IMG/VR virus record: IMGVR_UViG_3300046808_001301
Strand: one strand, 5' to 3'
Source of the DNA: a virus
DNA: 64,000 nt
Shown here: piece after piece, positions 9,057 to 20,537 of the stretch
Layout: each line of letters starts with the position of its first letter
Position numbering within the stretch: position 1 is the first letter of the stretch
Position numbers and translations under genes: made by a program
The notes under the pieces: model-generated
Database searches by the model: none
What the model saw: only the letters and a program-made list of their open reading frames with translations
What the model was told of the DNA's origin: nothing

Positions 9057-10379
9057 ATGAAGGCTGTCTCTTGCTATGGTGATTATTACGGTAAATTTAC
9101 GCTAGTTAGTAATGATTCGACAACAACATTACCGTTTAGTACAGTCGATTCAAATTTAATTAGCGTCAAAACCCCATCTGGATCCAAGACAACTCTTATA
9201 GAATATATTTCCGGAAGTTCGAATTTTACTGGGTTTGATCCTGCTTCAGGTTACATCGTATTTGCAAGACAACCGTTTGTATTACAAGATTTTCAATCTC
9301 AAAGCATTGTATCTCAAATTGACATTCCAGGAGATATACTAGGTAAATACACAATATTTCGATATCCGTTTGTAAATTCTTTACCGATTAGCTCTTACAA
9401 CGTTAATATATACGAAGTTAAAACCACCTCGTCTGAAAATTCAATTCTCAGAACACACTCTCCTTCAAATAACATAAATCCATTTACGGAATTTGAATTC
9501 AACAAATATTATCTAATCAGAGCTAGAAATAATTTTTCTATTATTAATCCAGATCCTTCAATAACTGCGGATTTACAAGTAGGCTCAATCAGTGCAGGGG
9601 AAGTGGTACCAGGAGGAACCAATTTGCAAGGATTCATTGATCAATTAGTAAGAACAATATTCGAACCAACGTTTGTTGAGCCAACCGTATACGCAGTAAC
9701 AGACCTTCCAACATCCGTTGAAGTGGGAACGACTGGAGTGGTATTGTCCGCTGTATTCAACAGTGGAGCTATTGTCGGAGCGTTGGTTGGAGGAATTTGG
9801 AATCCATTAATGGCTCAAGATGTAAGATCAGGAGCAATTACAAATTACACTTTAAGCGGCGTTTCTAACAACACAACTCCATATTTGTCGTTTCCGACTA
9901 AGGTAATTGAAGATGGATCAAACACTTTTGCTGTGTCAGCCACATATTCTCAAGGACCTCAACCTTTAAATAACAGAAACAACAATTTTTCTGCTCCTCT
10001 TTTAGCTGGCACAGTAACTTCTTCTATAACAATTAATGGAAAAAGAAAAGCATTTTATGGTGTTAATATCGGAACGCTCAATAGTCCAAACATTAGAGCT
10101 TTAACAGGCAATGTTCTCGGTCCGCAAAAAGGAACCTCGTTTACGATTAATATTCCAATTGGCACTACAAATGTTGCATTTGCTTATCCTAGTTCATTGG
10201 GAGCAGTATCAAAAGTTTCTTACTATGAAGGATTTGAAGCAGACGTAAAAGAAAACTTTACTTTAACTACCGTTCAAGTTTCAGGACTGAACGACTACAC
10301 CCCAATTAATTATAATACATATACATACGCTCCCGTCGAACCGTTTAGCGAAGAAGTTAATTACATTGTAACGATATAA
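9057..10379 (+). CDS. putative virion structural / fibre protein
   Basis: 440 aa, S/T/G/V-rich beta composition; TAAGTA 6 nt upstream. Confidence 0.6.
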   Translation: MKAVSCYGDYYGKFTLVSNDSTTTLPFSTVDSNLISVKTPSGSKTTLIEYISGSSNFTGFDPASGYIVFARQPFVLQDFQSQSIVSQIDIPGDILGKYTIFRYPFVNSLPISSYNVNIYEVKTTSSENSILRTHSPSNNINPFTEFEFNKYYLIRARNNFSIINPDPSITADLQVGSISAGEVVPGGTNLQGFIDQLVRTIFEPTFVEPTVYAVTDLPTSVEVGTTGVVLSAVFNSGAIVGALVGGIWNPLMAQDVRSGAITNYTLSGVSNNTTPYLSFPTKVIEDGSNTFAVSATYSQGPQPLNNRNNNFSAPLLAGTVTSSITINGKRKAFYGVNIGTLNSPNIRALTGNVLGPQKGTSFTINIPIGTTNVAFAYPSSLGAVSKVSYYEGFEADVKENFTLTTVQVSGLNDYTPINYNTYTYAPVEPFSEEVNYIVTI

Positions 10380-10383
10380 TTTT

Positions 10384-12144
10384 ATGGGCGACTTTATTTT
10401 TCCACTTCAATTTAAAAGACAATTTAGTGCTCCAGTTGATGTTGATGCTGTATTCGCTACAACTGCTGAAAGAATTGCTTATTTAACGTCAGAACGAAGA
10501 TATGCAGGACAAATTGTCTCTGACTTACAAGACGGTCGAACATATCAACTAAATTCAGCAAAAACCGCGTGGGTTCATGTAGCCAGGCAAGGAGACTCAT
10601 ATTATTTGGCTTTAACGGGTGGAAATGTTTACGGAAACGTTACAATTCATGGAGATCTTTCATCAACAGGCACTCAAACATTTGCAAACACTATTTTCAA
10701 TACAACTAGTGCTCTTAGTGTTGTTAATTTTGGACCAAATGCTGCTTTATATGTGTCCCAAGATGGAACCGGAGACATTGCATCATTCTACGACAAAGAT
10801 TCTGGTATTGAAGTCCTTCACGTTGGAGGAGATCACTCAACAAACAACTTTGTAGGAGTTAGAACAAGTACTCCAAACAAAGAATTTACCGTCAACGGAG
10901 AAATAAGTGCCTCAGCTATTTATGACGGAAAGGGAGGGTCTTCCGACACTTGGAATAGTGTCTTTAGTAATGTCAATCAAGCTTCAGCATATTGGACATT
11001 TCAAAATGATCTTGTCGTTTCTCTTCCAATTGGAAAATCATTTGGTAGATATTCTAACGGATCAGTTATTCCCGCTACAGGAAAAACTCCAAAAGAAGTT
11101 ATTTTACTTTCCATACAAGAGCCAATTACTCCTGCTGCATTTATTACTCCATCCTCTTCCACGACAGCATTCAATAAGACAGCAGTTGTCAACACTCTCA
11201 ATTTTACTCATTTTATTTCAAGTCTCAATGCTACTTGTGCTTCGGGAACCATAGACTGGAGAAGAAACAATGCAGGAACTTGGACTAATCTATCAGCAAC
11301 TACATTATCAGCTGGCTCTTACGTTCATAATTACACAGACACAAACTACAACACTCAACCGTTTAACTACAGATATGTTGTAACGGATACAGCAGGAGCA
11401 GCGGTAACAGCTACAAATAACGTAACAGTAGTGGCTTATAGTGCTCCAACAATTACTATAAGTGTGACTGGACCCAATATTTCTGGAAGTGAGAGTAATT
11501 TAGCCAGAGAAAAAGGCAATGTAAGTTCAAATATTAGCGGAACAATTACAAAAAATTCAACACTTGTTCCGCTAGTTAGTTACGCAATAGAATATCAAGT
11601 TAACGGTACTGGATCATGGTTTGAGACAGGAATATCTGGACAAATTACAGGAGATCCTTCTCCTTACAACATACCAGCTACAAATCATAATAATCCGACT
11701 CTTGTTGGATCTAATTCAATTGGCTACAGAATTAAAGTTGTTGATCAATTTAGACGCTCAGCTGCTACTCAAGATTACAGCTCAACAAGCCTTATTAATT
11801 TTTATAATTTAATATTCCTCGGGCCTTCATCTTCTGCTCCAACAAACTCGAGCCAAGTCAGAGCCTTATCGTCAATTTTGAGCATCAATACGAGCACTCA
11901 AAACCCATTTAATTTACATACAGGCACTACTCATACTAATTTCACCGTAGCTATGCCTAATAGCTTGAGCATAACAAACGTAATTGATCTCGATGCCTCA
12001 AATGCTCCTTTAACAAACAATTATATCAACAATCCGTTTAATGTTAATGATTATGCTGGTACTGCAACATCTTATAAAGTATACACTTTAACTGCAGGCA
12101 TCCCATACAGCAGCAATCACAGACATCAAGTAACTAGAGCATAA
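10384..12144 (+). CDS. putative fibre protein with Ig-like C-terminal domains
   Basis: RYAGQIV, ALTGGNVYGNVTI, VGVRTSTP..EFTVNGEISAS fibre motifs. Confidence 0.65.
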   Translation: MGDFIFPLQFKRQFSAPVDVDAVFATTAERIAYLTSERRYAGQIVSDLQDGRTYQLNSAKTAWVHVARQGDSYYLALTGGNVYGNVTIHGDLSSTGTQTFANTIFNTTSALSVVNFGPNAALYVSQDGTGDIASFYDKDSGIEVLHVGGDHSTNNFVGVRTSTPNKEFTVNGEISASAIYDGKGGSSDTWNSVFSNVNQASAYWTFQNDLVVSLPIGKSFGRYSNGSVIPATGKTPKEVILLSIQEPITPAAFITPSSSTTAFNKTAVVNTLNFTHFISSLNATCASGTIDWRRNNAGTWTNLSATTLSAGSYVHNYTDTNYNTQPFNYRYVVTDTAGAAVTATNNVTVVAYSAPTITISVTGPNISGSESNLAREKGNVSSNISGTITKNSTLVPLVSYAIEYQVNGTGSWFETGISGQITGDPSPYNIPATNHNNPTLVGSNSIGYRIKVVDQFRRSAATQDYSSTSLINFYNLIFLGPSSSAPTNSSQVRALSSILSINTSTQNPFNLHTGTTHTNFTVAMPNSLSITNVIDLDASNAPLTNNYINNPFNVNDYAGTATSYKVYTLTAGIPYSSNHRHQVTRA

Positions 12145-12152
12145 ATAATACT

Positions 12153-12902
12153 ATGGCGTTAACAACAGGATTTCAAGTACCATACGGATTTCAGCCAACA
12201 GTTGCTGTTCCAGCAGATGCTTGGTCTGGTCCATACGAAGGGATTACTATAGCTGGAGCACTTACTGCAGCAAATTTAGCTGTTTCTCCGGCTATTAGAT
12301 TCAAATCTCTTGAAGTTCGATTACTTGTTAACGGAGTTTCTCAAAAATACTGGTACAAAAATGGAATAACAGACGGAGATTTAGTTCCTTTTGACATTGA
12401 TAGATATGCAGCGGTTTCTACAAAATTAGAAGCAGCTTCTGCTAGCTGGGATTCTGTTTATAGTTCTGTAAACCCAATTAGTGCAAATTGGAATTCGGTT
12501 TATAGTTCCGTAACTGCAGTCAGCGCAAATTGGGACTCTGTTTATAACTCTGTACATCCAGTTAGCGCAAATTGGGACTCTGTTTATAGTTCTGTAAACC
12601 CAATTAGTGCAAATTGGAATTCGGTTTATAGTTCTGTAAATCCGATTAGCGCAACTTGGAATTCGGTTTATTCTACTGTACAAACAATATCTGGCGGTCA
12701 ATATGCTCCAATTAGAAAATTCGACATACAGGATGATGGGTTTACTACCTATTCTGGAATCGCATTATACGGTACGTACGACAATATAGCTGGTTGGAGA
12801 ATAACTAGACTAAAAACAACTCTTAGTGGAACGGTGTCAAGCAATCAAGTTGCAATAAACGCTGTATGGACTGATAGACAACAGATCACGACTTATACAT
12901 AA
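12153..12902 (+). CDS. putative fibre protein with 14-aa SANWDSVYSSV repeats
   Basis: Six 14-aa repeats; TAAATA 5 nt upstream. Confidence 0.65.
   Translation: MALTTGFQVPYGFQPTVAVPADAWSGPYEGITIAGALTAANLAVSPAIRFKSLEVRLLVNGVSQKYWYKNGITDGDLVPFDIDRYAAVSTKLEAASASWDSVYSSVNPISANWNSVYSSVTAVSANWDSVYNSVHPVSANWDSVYSSVNPISANWNSVYSSVNPISATWNSVYSTVQTISGGQYAPIRKFDIQDDGFTTYSGIALYGTYDNIAGWRITRLKTTLSGTVSSNQVAINAVWTDRQQITTYT
12436..12680 (+). repeat. 42-nt coding tandem repeat about x6
   Basis: AGTGCAAATTGGAATTCGGTTTATAGTTCTGTAAACCCAATT-type units. Confidence 0.9.
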
Positions 12903-12919
12903 GTATAAGCTAATATAGA

Positions 12920-15904
12920 ATGATCACAAGTCCAACACAACTTTCTAACTGCATTGTGTGGCTAGATGCTGCCGACACGTCTACGATGTTTTTAAATGTC
13001 AGCGCTACAAGATTTAATCTTGTTACCAATCCTGTTAATTTTGATACCCTTCAAGGATTAGTAGCAACAACGTGGGGTAGAACTACAAACGTAGGAGTGT
13101 CTTCTTCTCTTGTGGGAACGACTAGTCCTCACGGTTTGTCAGGAACAAGAATTTTTAGAGCCACTAATACTGCTACGACGTTACAATGTCTATCAACTAC
13201 AGTTACATTACAGCCCTCAGGATATACTTTTGCTATCTATTTAAAGCCGGTAAGGACCTCGATGATGAGTACTCCTCCTCCTCTTTCAGCAGTAGTGCTT
13301 GAGCTAATCAATGTAAATAAAACTCAAGGAGCTTCTTGCACTTATATTTTGAGTAGTATAGGACAGCTTTCTGCAAACACGCTGCAGAATTACGGCACGA
13401 CAATAGATTCAACAGCAACTATAACTCTTTCTACCGACAATTGGTATTTCTGTACCCTTACTGTAAGGAACCCAACATCGAGTCCTGTAACATATTATCC
13501 TCGAATAACATTTCCGTTAGATGGAAACGTTTACGGCTACGGGGCTCAAGTAGAATTAAGTGCAACGTTTGGAGGTCATTTATATCGCTCAACAGTCGAT
13601 GCTGCAAGCTCTGTAGTTACTCAAAATGGAGACGCGGTTGCATTATGGAAAGACAAAACTCCAAATAACAGACATTTTTCTACGATTTATGAATCCTCTC
13701 CTTTGACGAGAAGACCAACATGGAATTCATCTCTTAGTTGTTTAGTATTTGACGGAGTAGACGACACATTTGTTTCTTATTTTGATCAAAGATATAGCGA
13801 ACAGACTGTTTTCATGGTAACGAGAAAAAGGAATACGACAAATAGTGCTCTTTATACTCAACACATGGGAGAAAATTATCCGTTTTATGTCAATTCAACA
13901 AACGGGAGTTATTTTAACTCAAGTGCTGGAAATCTGCCAGTTCAGCCGTTATATAGTGAATCCTCTTATCCGGTCACATACGGAGTAAATGTCGGAAATG
14001 CTGGAGATCCCAGTTTAGTAATTCGAAATTATGCTTCTCGTCCTGGAAATGTTACGTTTTTAAACCGTTTTCATACTTATACATCTTGGATTTCAGGAGC
14101 TTGGATAGCGTTAGCTGCTGATGGATTATATGATGCTATTAGGGATTCCTCGGCGTATCTACGATATCAAAGCATTACCAATAACACATGGCCAGTATTT
14201 ACTTCCAACCCTCGATACAATAGTACAGTTCATGAAACAAGATTGTGTTCTCACAGAGACGTCAATCGAGTTTCAGTAGCACACTATCCAGGAGATATGT
14301 GCGAAGTTATCGTATACAACAGAGCTTTAACGAGCGTAGAACGAGAGGAAGTTGAATATTATTTGTTCAGAAAATGGTACCACCTCAACGGGTTAACTCG
14401 TACAATTCACGCTGTTAAAAACGGTGTCCTAGAAGATGGAGCTACGTGGAATATAAACAGCGAACCAGCTCCATTCAATAGTGCTTTACTAGAAAGAGAC
14501 AATTTACTAACAAATGGGTTTCAAGTTACAGCCAATCTTCCAAAAATGCATTTTCCCTCATATGGAAATGCTTATCAGCGGCCATGGATGGCTCTTGGTG
14601 GATCAATTATACTTACATCCAATGTACAAGAAATATCTGGTTATGCCGTTGGAAACAACCACACTGCTCCTAGGTCTTTTACTGTTTATGTTTCTTCAGG
14701 ACCAAACAGTTTTGTAAACGCTCTCAGTTCTCTTGTTCCTTTTGGCGGAAACGCTGTTGGAGTGGCTCCTTATAGCACAATAAATTTATGTCCCGGAGTG
14801 TATATACATCAAGGCAATGGTGCTGCTAGTTGGCACGACCAGGGTTGGTCTTCTCAGCCTTGTATTATTACTACTCAAAATTCAACAATTTCTGGCAATC
14901 GAATTACACTAGAAGATACTAATAACCAAAACGACGGAAATAAACGTAGATATGCAATCGAATTAAGCGGAACTAATAACACAATTACTTTAAACAATAG
15001 TTATATTAGAAATCAAGTAAAATCTACTCAGCCAGCTCAAACAATATATTGTGGGTCAAGCACAAATACTATTAACTTGTCTGGCTGTATTATTTCTTGC
15101 AACGAAGCAACCGGCAATCTTAACGTTTCTCCTAATACGTTTTTTGGAACAGCTATCCATATTAATGCTGATAGCATTTTAAACATTAAAGATTCAACCG
15201 TTTATGGTCCAAAACAAAGTCCACAGGATCAAACACAAGGATGCATAGCGTTAACAAACCAAGCTAAGGCATATTTTGATAACGTAAAACTTGTTCCTTA
15301 TACTGAATTTACTTACACTTATCCGCACATTAATACTGTCATATGGGTTCAAGATTCGGCTTCATTAGCAATGTGGCTTAGTGCTGACAACATCGTGCCA
15401 AACGCTCAATCTCCTTCAATTTTTTCGATTAGCACTTCCCCAGTATCAGCATATACTAGAGAAAATGTTTTACATCACGCTAGCGGCAAACAAAGCATTT
15501 ATGCAACAAAATTTAAATTAATTCCTGTAAACGACCCGGTTTTATACACAAGACAAACAGGAAGAGAAGCTGGTACGTATGTTTATTACTGGACGCCTAA
15601 CGCTACGTTTAGTCTTCCAGATCCTTCAGACGTGCAAGAAGGCTATGAGTATTACGATCAGACCAACGGAATTCCGGTTTTTGGAACCTGTGTATTGCCG
15701 CCAGCAGATGCATTGTATTACGGAGTTTTTGCTGGGTCAAAAGATAACGGAGGTTATTACGGAACAGCTGTGTTCGATCCTGATACTATTTTAACAGTGC
15801 CCTTATCAACAACTTTACTAAGCGACAGTATTGGAGAAAGAATAAAAAACACTACTACGAATCAAATACTTTCTAGTCTTGTTAATAGTTGGAATTTTGC
15901 ATAA
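12920..15904 (+). CDS. LamG/concanavalin-like plus beta-helix protein (putative receptor-binding)
   Basis: WLDAAD...WKDK...FDGVDD...GDMCEVIVYNRALT LamG signature; shared C-terminal module. Confidence 0.75.
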   Translation: MITSPTQLSNCIVWLDAADTSTMFLNVSATRFNLVTNPVNFDTLQGLVATTWGRTTNVGVSSSLVGTTSPHGLSGTRIFRATNTATTLQCLSTTVTLQPSGYTFAIYLKPVRTSMMSTPPPLSAVVLELINVNKTQGASCTYILSSIGQLSANTLQNYGTTIDSTATITLSTDNWYFCTLTVRNPTSSPVTYYPRITFPLDGNVYGYGAQVELSATFGGHLYRSTVDAASSVVTQNGDAVALWKDKTPNNRHFSTIYESSPLTRRPTWNSSLSCLVFDGVDDTFVSYFDQRYSEQTVFMVTRKRNTTNSALYTQHMGENYPFYVNSTNGSYFNSSAGNLPVQPLYSESSYPVTYGVNVGNAGDPSLVIRNYASRPGNVTFLNRFHTYTSWISGAWIALAADGLYDAIRDSSAYLRYQSITNNTWPVFTSNPRYNSTVHETRLCSHRDVNRVSVAHYPGDMCEVIVYNRALTSVEREEVEYYLFRKWYHLNGLTRTIHAVKNGVLEDGATWNINSEPAPFNSALLERDNLLTNGFQVTANLPKMHFPSYGNAYQRPWMALGGSIILTSNVQEISGYAVGNNHTAPRSFTVYVSSGPNSFVNALSSLVPFGGNAVGVAPYSTINLCPGVYIHQGNGAASWHDQGWSSQPCIITTQNSTISGNRITLEDTNNQNDGNKRRYAIELSGTNNTITLNNSYIRNQVKSTQPAQTIYCGSSTNTINLSGCIISCNEATGNLNVSPNTFFGTAIHINADSILNIKDSTVYGPKQSPQDQTQGCIALTNQAKAYFDNVKLVPYTEFTYTYPHINTVIWVQDSASLAMWLSADNIVPNAQSPSIFSISTSPVSAYTRENVLHHASGKQSIYATKFKLIPVNDPVLYTRQTGREAGTYVYYWTPNATFSLPDPSDVQEGYEYYDQTNGIPVFGTCVLPPADALYYGVFAGSKDNGGYYGTAVFDPDTILTVPLSTTLLSDSIGERIKNTTTNQILSSLVNSWNFA

Positions 15905-15913
15905 ATAATAGTT

Positions 15914-16195
15914 ATGCAAACAACAAATCCGATTGAAGATAACGGACACGTATATCCATTGTACAGCGCCAGTTTAGCAATTAGTTCTCTTTACAAAAAT
16001 AATCAATTCGAGGCGTATACGTCACTAAGATTAGTACCAACAAGATTGGACGAACAAGGTAACGGGATAACGCTTGAGGAAAAAGACAAGTCAATTGCAA
16101 TTGGGACAGTAACTAATATTTCTGGACCTGAACAAGAAGCAATGCAAGAAATTTATCAAGCTGTACAAAAATACATTATTGCTAAAGGTTTATAA
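15914..16195 (+). CDS. small protein within the fibre cassette (possible adaptor or chaperone)
   Basis: 93 aa ORF; TAAATA 6 nt upstream. Confidence 0.65.
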   Translation: MQTTNPIEDNGHVYPLYSASLAISSLYKNNQFEAYTSLRLVPTRLDEQGNGITLEEKDKSIAIGTVTNISGPEQEAMQEIYQAVQKYIIAKGL

Positions 16196-16198
16196 CAA

Positions 16199-19100
16199 AT
16201 GGCTTTAATAACGTCACCATTAGATATTACTGGCTGTCAGCTTTGGTTAGATGCTAATCAAGGAGTCTTGGATCAATTTGGCAATCCTGTGACCGCTGAC
16301 GGAACTTCTATTGGAACTTGGCGAGATCAAAGTGGCAACAACAATCACGTAAGCTCTAGTAGTGGCACTAGGCCTACTTACAGAACAAATATTAGAACTT
16401 CTCCTGAAAAATATAGCAATGTAGTAAGATTTGGAGGTAATGGGTTGCTTGCTACAGGAGACGTATTAGCGTTAGGAACTAACCACGCTTTACTGTTTGC
16501 TGTTATTAAAAATACAGTTGCTCCGACTTTTAATGCTCAACACATCATGTCTAAGAGCCGACCTGGTTCTGTTGGTCAGTATTTTATTAGTAGAACGTCT
16601 CCCGTAGACGGATCCATCGCCAACGGTTTGTTGGGGTTTGTGTGGTCTAATGGGAATATGTACACAACTTTATCCAACACGTGTTCTGACTACACGATTG
16701 TTTGCTGGAACGTTTTAAGAAATCAATCAGTCAATGGACCAATGAAAATGCGTGCTAATAGATTTCAAAATAGCACCGACGCTGGTGGAGGAGACAACGG
16801 ATTTAATGCAGTTCTTTCGTCCAGGTTTTGTATTGGAGGATGTAACGATTCTACAGGCTTTGCTGACAATTCCGATCCTGAATATTATTTTAATGGAGAT
16901 ATTTGCGAGTGTGGAGTATATATTCGAAATACCCCATACACTGATCACGAACTTAGACGTTTAGAGGGGTATCTTTATAATAAGTGGTTTTCCTCAACTA
17001 ATCCAGTAGTTTTTAATTTAAAAGGATGGTTTGACGCTGCAGATTCTAGTACTTTGTTTCAAGACAGACTTGCAACAACTCCTGCAATTATAACTAGCCC
17101 CCAAAAGCAACCCGTTGGTTGTTGGAAAAATAAAGCTCTAGACGGTTACGGAAATTTTACTGGGATTGTCGGACAAACAGTTTCAGCGCTGCCCAGTGCC
17201 GTAGTTAGCTCTTACAACGGTTTGTCTGCTATAAGATTTAATGGACTAGCATCTCCTCTTACATTAACATATTTAAGTCTTTCGGCTCCAGATCAGACAA
17301 CAGCAGGAGGATTTAGACATCAACAACAAACAGCAATTGTCGTTGTTGCTCCTCATAGTTCAAATTTTGTTGATAGAGCTAGAATTTTAGGGTCCAATAG
17401 AACTATTACTGGTTCTAACGATGCTACAGCCGGGTTTACTCCTTTTGTTCAATTTGGGACAGCAACTACAATAGCTTCTCTGATTGATAACGGTAGTAAT
17501 GCAGCTGTGCAAGCAAAGCTAGCAGAATTCAATATACTTACGAACAGAGCAAATAATACAGTAGAACTTACAAATACCAGAAACAGCCAATTAACAGCTT
17601 ATCAGCAAAACACTAGTTTTACAGGCAAACTTTCTTCGTATGGATTTAGACTAGGAGCAAACATTGGTGTTAACGGAATTAACACAGCTCCCACGGGAAC
17701 GCAGTATAATGGAGATATTTCAGAAGTATTAATATATGATCGGTTTTTAACAAACGCAGAATGTCATCAAGTTGAATACTATCTTGCTAAAAAATGGAAT
17801 ATTCCTGAAGCTAAATTCACTTATGCTATACGAAACGGAAATTGGTCAGATGATGCCACGTGGTCAACTAACATTGTTCCGACTCTTAGTTCAGATGTAT
17901 ATTCTAATGGATTTAACGTAACTATTGATCAAAACATAATAGAGGAGGTTCGAACTCTAAGAGGAACTCCTCCTCCCGCATACCCTTCTTTATCGTTAGC
18001 TAACAATGGCTCGTTTTTACTCAATCAGCCTTACACAATAAACATTGCACCTAGTAGCGTTAATCACTTTACAATTGTAGCTGGCACCGTTCCTGGGTTA
18101 GATTTAAACGTTTCTACTGGTAGTGTACACTTAACAGGAAACATTATTTCAGGAACAACAACCACTGCTTACGGTTTAATACAAAGAGGCACTTCTCCTT
18201 TAACAGTATACGGAAAAGTTATTCCAAATCAAGCCATTGGACTTTATAATTTAGCTGGAACTTCTGTAACTATAACCCAAACGTTATCTGGAGGAGCTGT
18301 AGATGACATATACGGGGTATACAATCAAGCTCCGTTTTGTAATATTAGTGTATTAAGCGGAGTAACTGGAGGAACAGGTACTAGGAGTGTAGGAATATCA
18401 AGCGTCTCGACCGGAGCTCTTACTCTTTCGGGAAGAATTTTAGCTGGAACGGGGTTATCAGCAGCTGCTGTGGTTAGTTCTGTAACTACTACAATTGCTG
18501 TTACAGGAGATGTAACCGGAGGCCCAAATACCAATACTTCAGGCATTTTATGTTTGTCTTGCGAAGACATTAACATTTTAGGAGTAATTTCAGGAGGTTC
18601 TGGACTATCAGCGTGCGGAGTAAACATTCCTTATACTAAAAACATATTTTTATCAGGAGCTAGCTCAGGAGCAATTGTAAGAGGAGGAACAGGAGAATCT
18701 ACTCACGGGTTATATAATAATACAGCAAACAATATAACCGCATATGGAATTATAAGTGGTGGTACTTCTCGATACTCTCGAGGCATCAATTCTTTTTATG
18801 CTAATAATTTATTTTTACAAAGAGGAGTTTTAGGAGGAACTTTATCAGCTACTAGTGGCTTTTATAACCTCACATCCAACTCTTTGTTTGTTAGTGGAAA
18901 TATTGTAGGAGGCAACAACACTCTTTCTACAGGTGTTACTACACTAACTACTAGCTCAATTAAAGTAATTGGAAACATAACTGGTGGAACAATGTTGTCC
19001 TCGTTTGGCTTATTAAACGACGCAACAAACACAATAGAAATTTCCGGAAACCTAACAGGAGGATCAGGAGCTAATTCAAGAGGGCTGCACTCTAATGTGG

Positions 19101-20536
19101 CTACAACCTCAGTCATAATTTCAGGAAATGTTACGGGAGGAAGCGCATTTGAAGCTCACGGCGCTATGTGTCCTATTACGACGTCTGTCTCCGTAACAGG
19201 AAATATTATTGGAGGATCTGGAGGAGGATTTGGTATTTTGTGTCTTTCTGCAGCTCCGTCTATATTCGTATTAGGAGACATACGGTCAGGCGGAAATACA
19301 GCATTTGTCGTGCGTCCCACAAATCCCGCGTCCTATTCCAATATAACTGTTATTGGAAACATACAAGGCATTGGAGCAGGAAACGGAGTTCTTAACGAAT
19401 CTACGGGAAATTTAACCGTAATTGGCAATGTAATCGGTGGAGCAGGAACCAGCATACAAAACTTGTCGTCAAACGTTGTATACATATCAGGAAGCGTATC
19501 AGGTGGAAGTGCGGGAGTTGGACTATACGACAGACTTGCTCAATCTATTACCATTGTTGGCTCAATTTCTGGAGGAACAGGAGCTGCTGGATATGGTTTA
19601 AGATTGTCAAGTCCAAATAGTTCTACGGTAAATATTTCAGCAACGGATATTTCGGGCCGAGTAGGAGTAGCTATATACAACGATTTAAATCTTCTTGCTA
19701 ACTATGCTGCAACAGGGTTTGGACCAGGATCTGAACCCGTCAGCAATATTTACATAAATTGTCCGCTAATACGTTCAGGAAGCAATTCAGGAGCTATAAG
19801 CAGCGTTAACACAGGACAAGGAGCTGATATATACATAACAGGAAGTGTATATGGCTCCGGAGGAAATCCTACTATTGTAAACGCCAATAGATGGGGAAAA
19901 ATTAACATTAAAGGTGACGTAATTGCTGGGTTAGCTCCAGCTCCTATAGGTTATGTTATTGAAAATTTAAGCAATGCTACACTTCAAGTTACAGGTTCTG
20001 TCATTGCAACAAACAACCAAGGAGCAATTAGAGGAGTCTCCCTCGGAGCAATTCATGAAATTAATGGCCCGATTATCAACGCTTCAAATGGCAGACAAGC
20101 TCTTTGGTTAAGAACGTATTATCATTCTGCTAAGAATTTTAATTCTTTTATTAGATACGGAACGAACACAGGAGGAACGTTAGACTTTTACGCTCCAGAA
20201 GGATATCCAGTTTCTCAAATTCCACCAGTTTCTTCTGTAGCAGCAGGAACCGTTTATGCTGTTATGAGTGCTCTTTCAGGCATGCCGTTTATTAACGTTT
20301 CTCAACTTACAGGAACAATGATCGTTCCTTCAGTAAGCTCTGTTAAATTTGGCGTACCAGTTGGAATTGACACAGGAAAAGTAAAAGCAACCAAACTAAA
20401 TTTAATCGATATGTTAAATATAACTACTGAAAGTGGATTATTGACATCTGATGGCACCTATGGCAAATTACTTGCAAATATTTGCACCAAATCAACAGCA
20501 TTATCAGGAGCTAGTCTCTTAGCAGGAGCACGTTAA
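16199..20536 (+). CDS. double LamG plus Gly-rich beta-helix protein
   Basis: Two W[LF]DA...GDI.E LamG units followed by ~25-aa GN[IV].GG repeats. Confidence 0.75.
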   Translation: MALITSPLDITGCQLWLDANQGVLDQFGNPVTADGTSIGTWRDQSGNNNHVSSSSGTRPTYRTNIRTSPEKYSNVVRFGGNGLLATGDVLALGTNHALLFAVIKNTVAPTFNAQHIMSKSRPGSVGQYFISRTSPVDGSIANGLLGFVWSNGNMYTTLSNTCSDYTIVCWNVLRNQSVNGPMKMRANRFQNSTDAGGGDNGFNAVLSSRFCIGGCNDSTGFADNSDPEYYFNGDICECGVYIRNTPYTDHELRRLEGYLYNKWFSSTNPVVFNLKGWFDAADSSTLFQDRLATTPAIITSPQKQPVGCWKNKALDGYGNFTGIVGQTVSALPSAVVSSYNGLSAIRFNGLASPLTLTYLSLSAPDQTTAGGFRHQQQTAIVVVAPHSSNFVDRARILGSNRTITGSNDATAGFTPFVQFGTATTIASLIDNGSNAAVQAKLAEFNILTNRANNTVELTNTRNSQLTAYQQNTSFTGKLSSYGFRLGANIGVNGINTAPTGTQYNGDISEVLIYDRFLTNAECHQVEYYLAKKWNIPEAKFTYAIRNGNWSDDATWSTNIVPTLSSDVYSNGFNVTIDQNIIEEVRTLRGTPPPAYPSLSLANNGSFLLNQPYTINIAPSSVNHFTIVAGTVPGLDLNVSTGSVHLTGNIISGTTTTAYGLIQRGTSPLTVYGKVIPNQAIGLYNLAGTSVTITQTLSGGAVDDIYGVYNQAPFCNISVLSGVTGGTGTRSVGISSVSTGALTLSGRILAGTGLSAAAVVSSVTTTIAVTGDVTGGPNTNTSGILCLSCEDINILGVISGGSGLSACGVNIPYTKNIFLSGASSGAIVRGGTGESTHGLYNNTANNITAYGIISGGTSRYSRGINSFYANNLFLQRGVLGGTLSATSGFYNLTSNSLFVSGNIVGGNNTLSTGVTTLTTSSIKVIGNITGGTMLSSFGLLNDATNTIEISGNLTGGSGANSRGLHSNVATTSVIISGNVTGGSAFEAHGAMCPITTSVSVTGNIIGGSGGGFGILCLSAAPSIFVLGDIRSGGNTAFVVRPTNPASYSNITVIGNIQGIGAGNGVLNESTGNLTVIGNVIGGAGTSIQNLSSNVVYISGSVSGGSAGVGLYDRLAQSITIVGSISGGTGAAGYGLRLSSPNSSTVNISATDISGRVGVAIYNDLNLLANYAATGFGPGSEPVSNIYINCPLIRSGSNSGAISSVNTGQGADIYITGSVYGSGGNPTIVNANRWGKINIKGDVIAGLAPAPIGYVIENLSNATLQVTGSVIATNNQGAIRGVSLGAIHEINGPIINASNGRQALWLRTYYHSAKNFNSFIRYGTNTGGTLDFYAPEGYPVSQIPPVSSVAAGTVYAVMSALSGMPFINVSQLTGTMIVPSVSSVKFGVPVGIDTGKVKATKLNLIDMLNITTESGLLTSDGTYGKLLANICTKSTALSGASLLAGAR

Positions 20537-20537
20537 C

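Noticed and set aside
8600-12680. Tandem repeats as a CRISPR array or origin iterons
   Set aside because: No unique spacers; unit lengths are multiples of 3 and lie within coding frames; no cas genes
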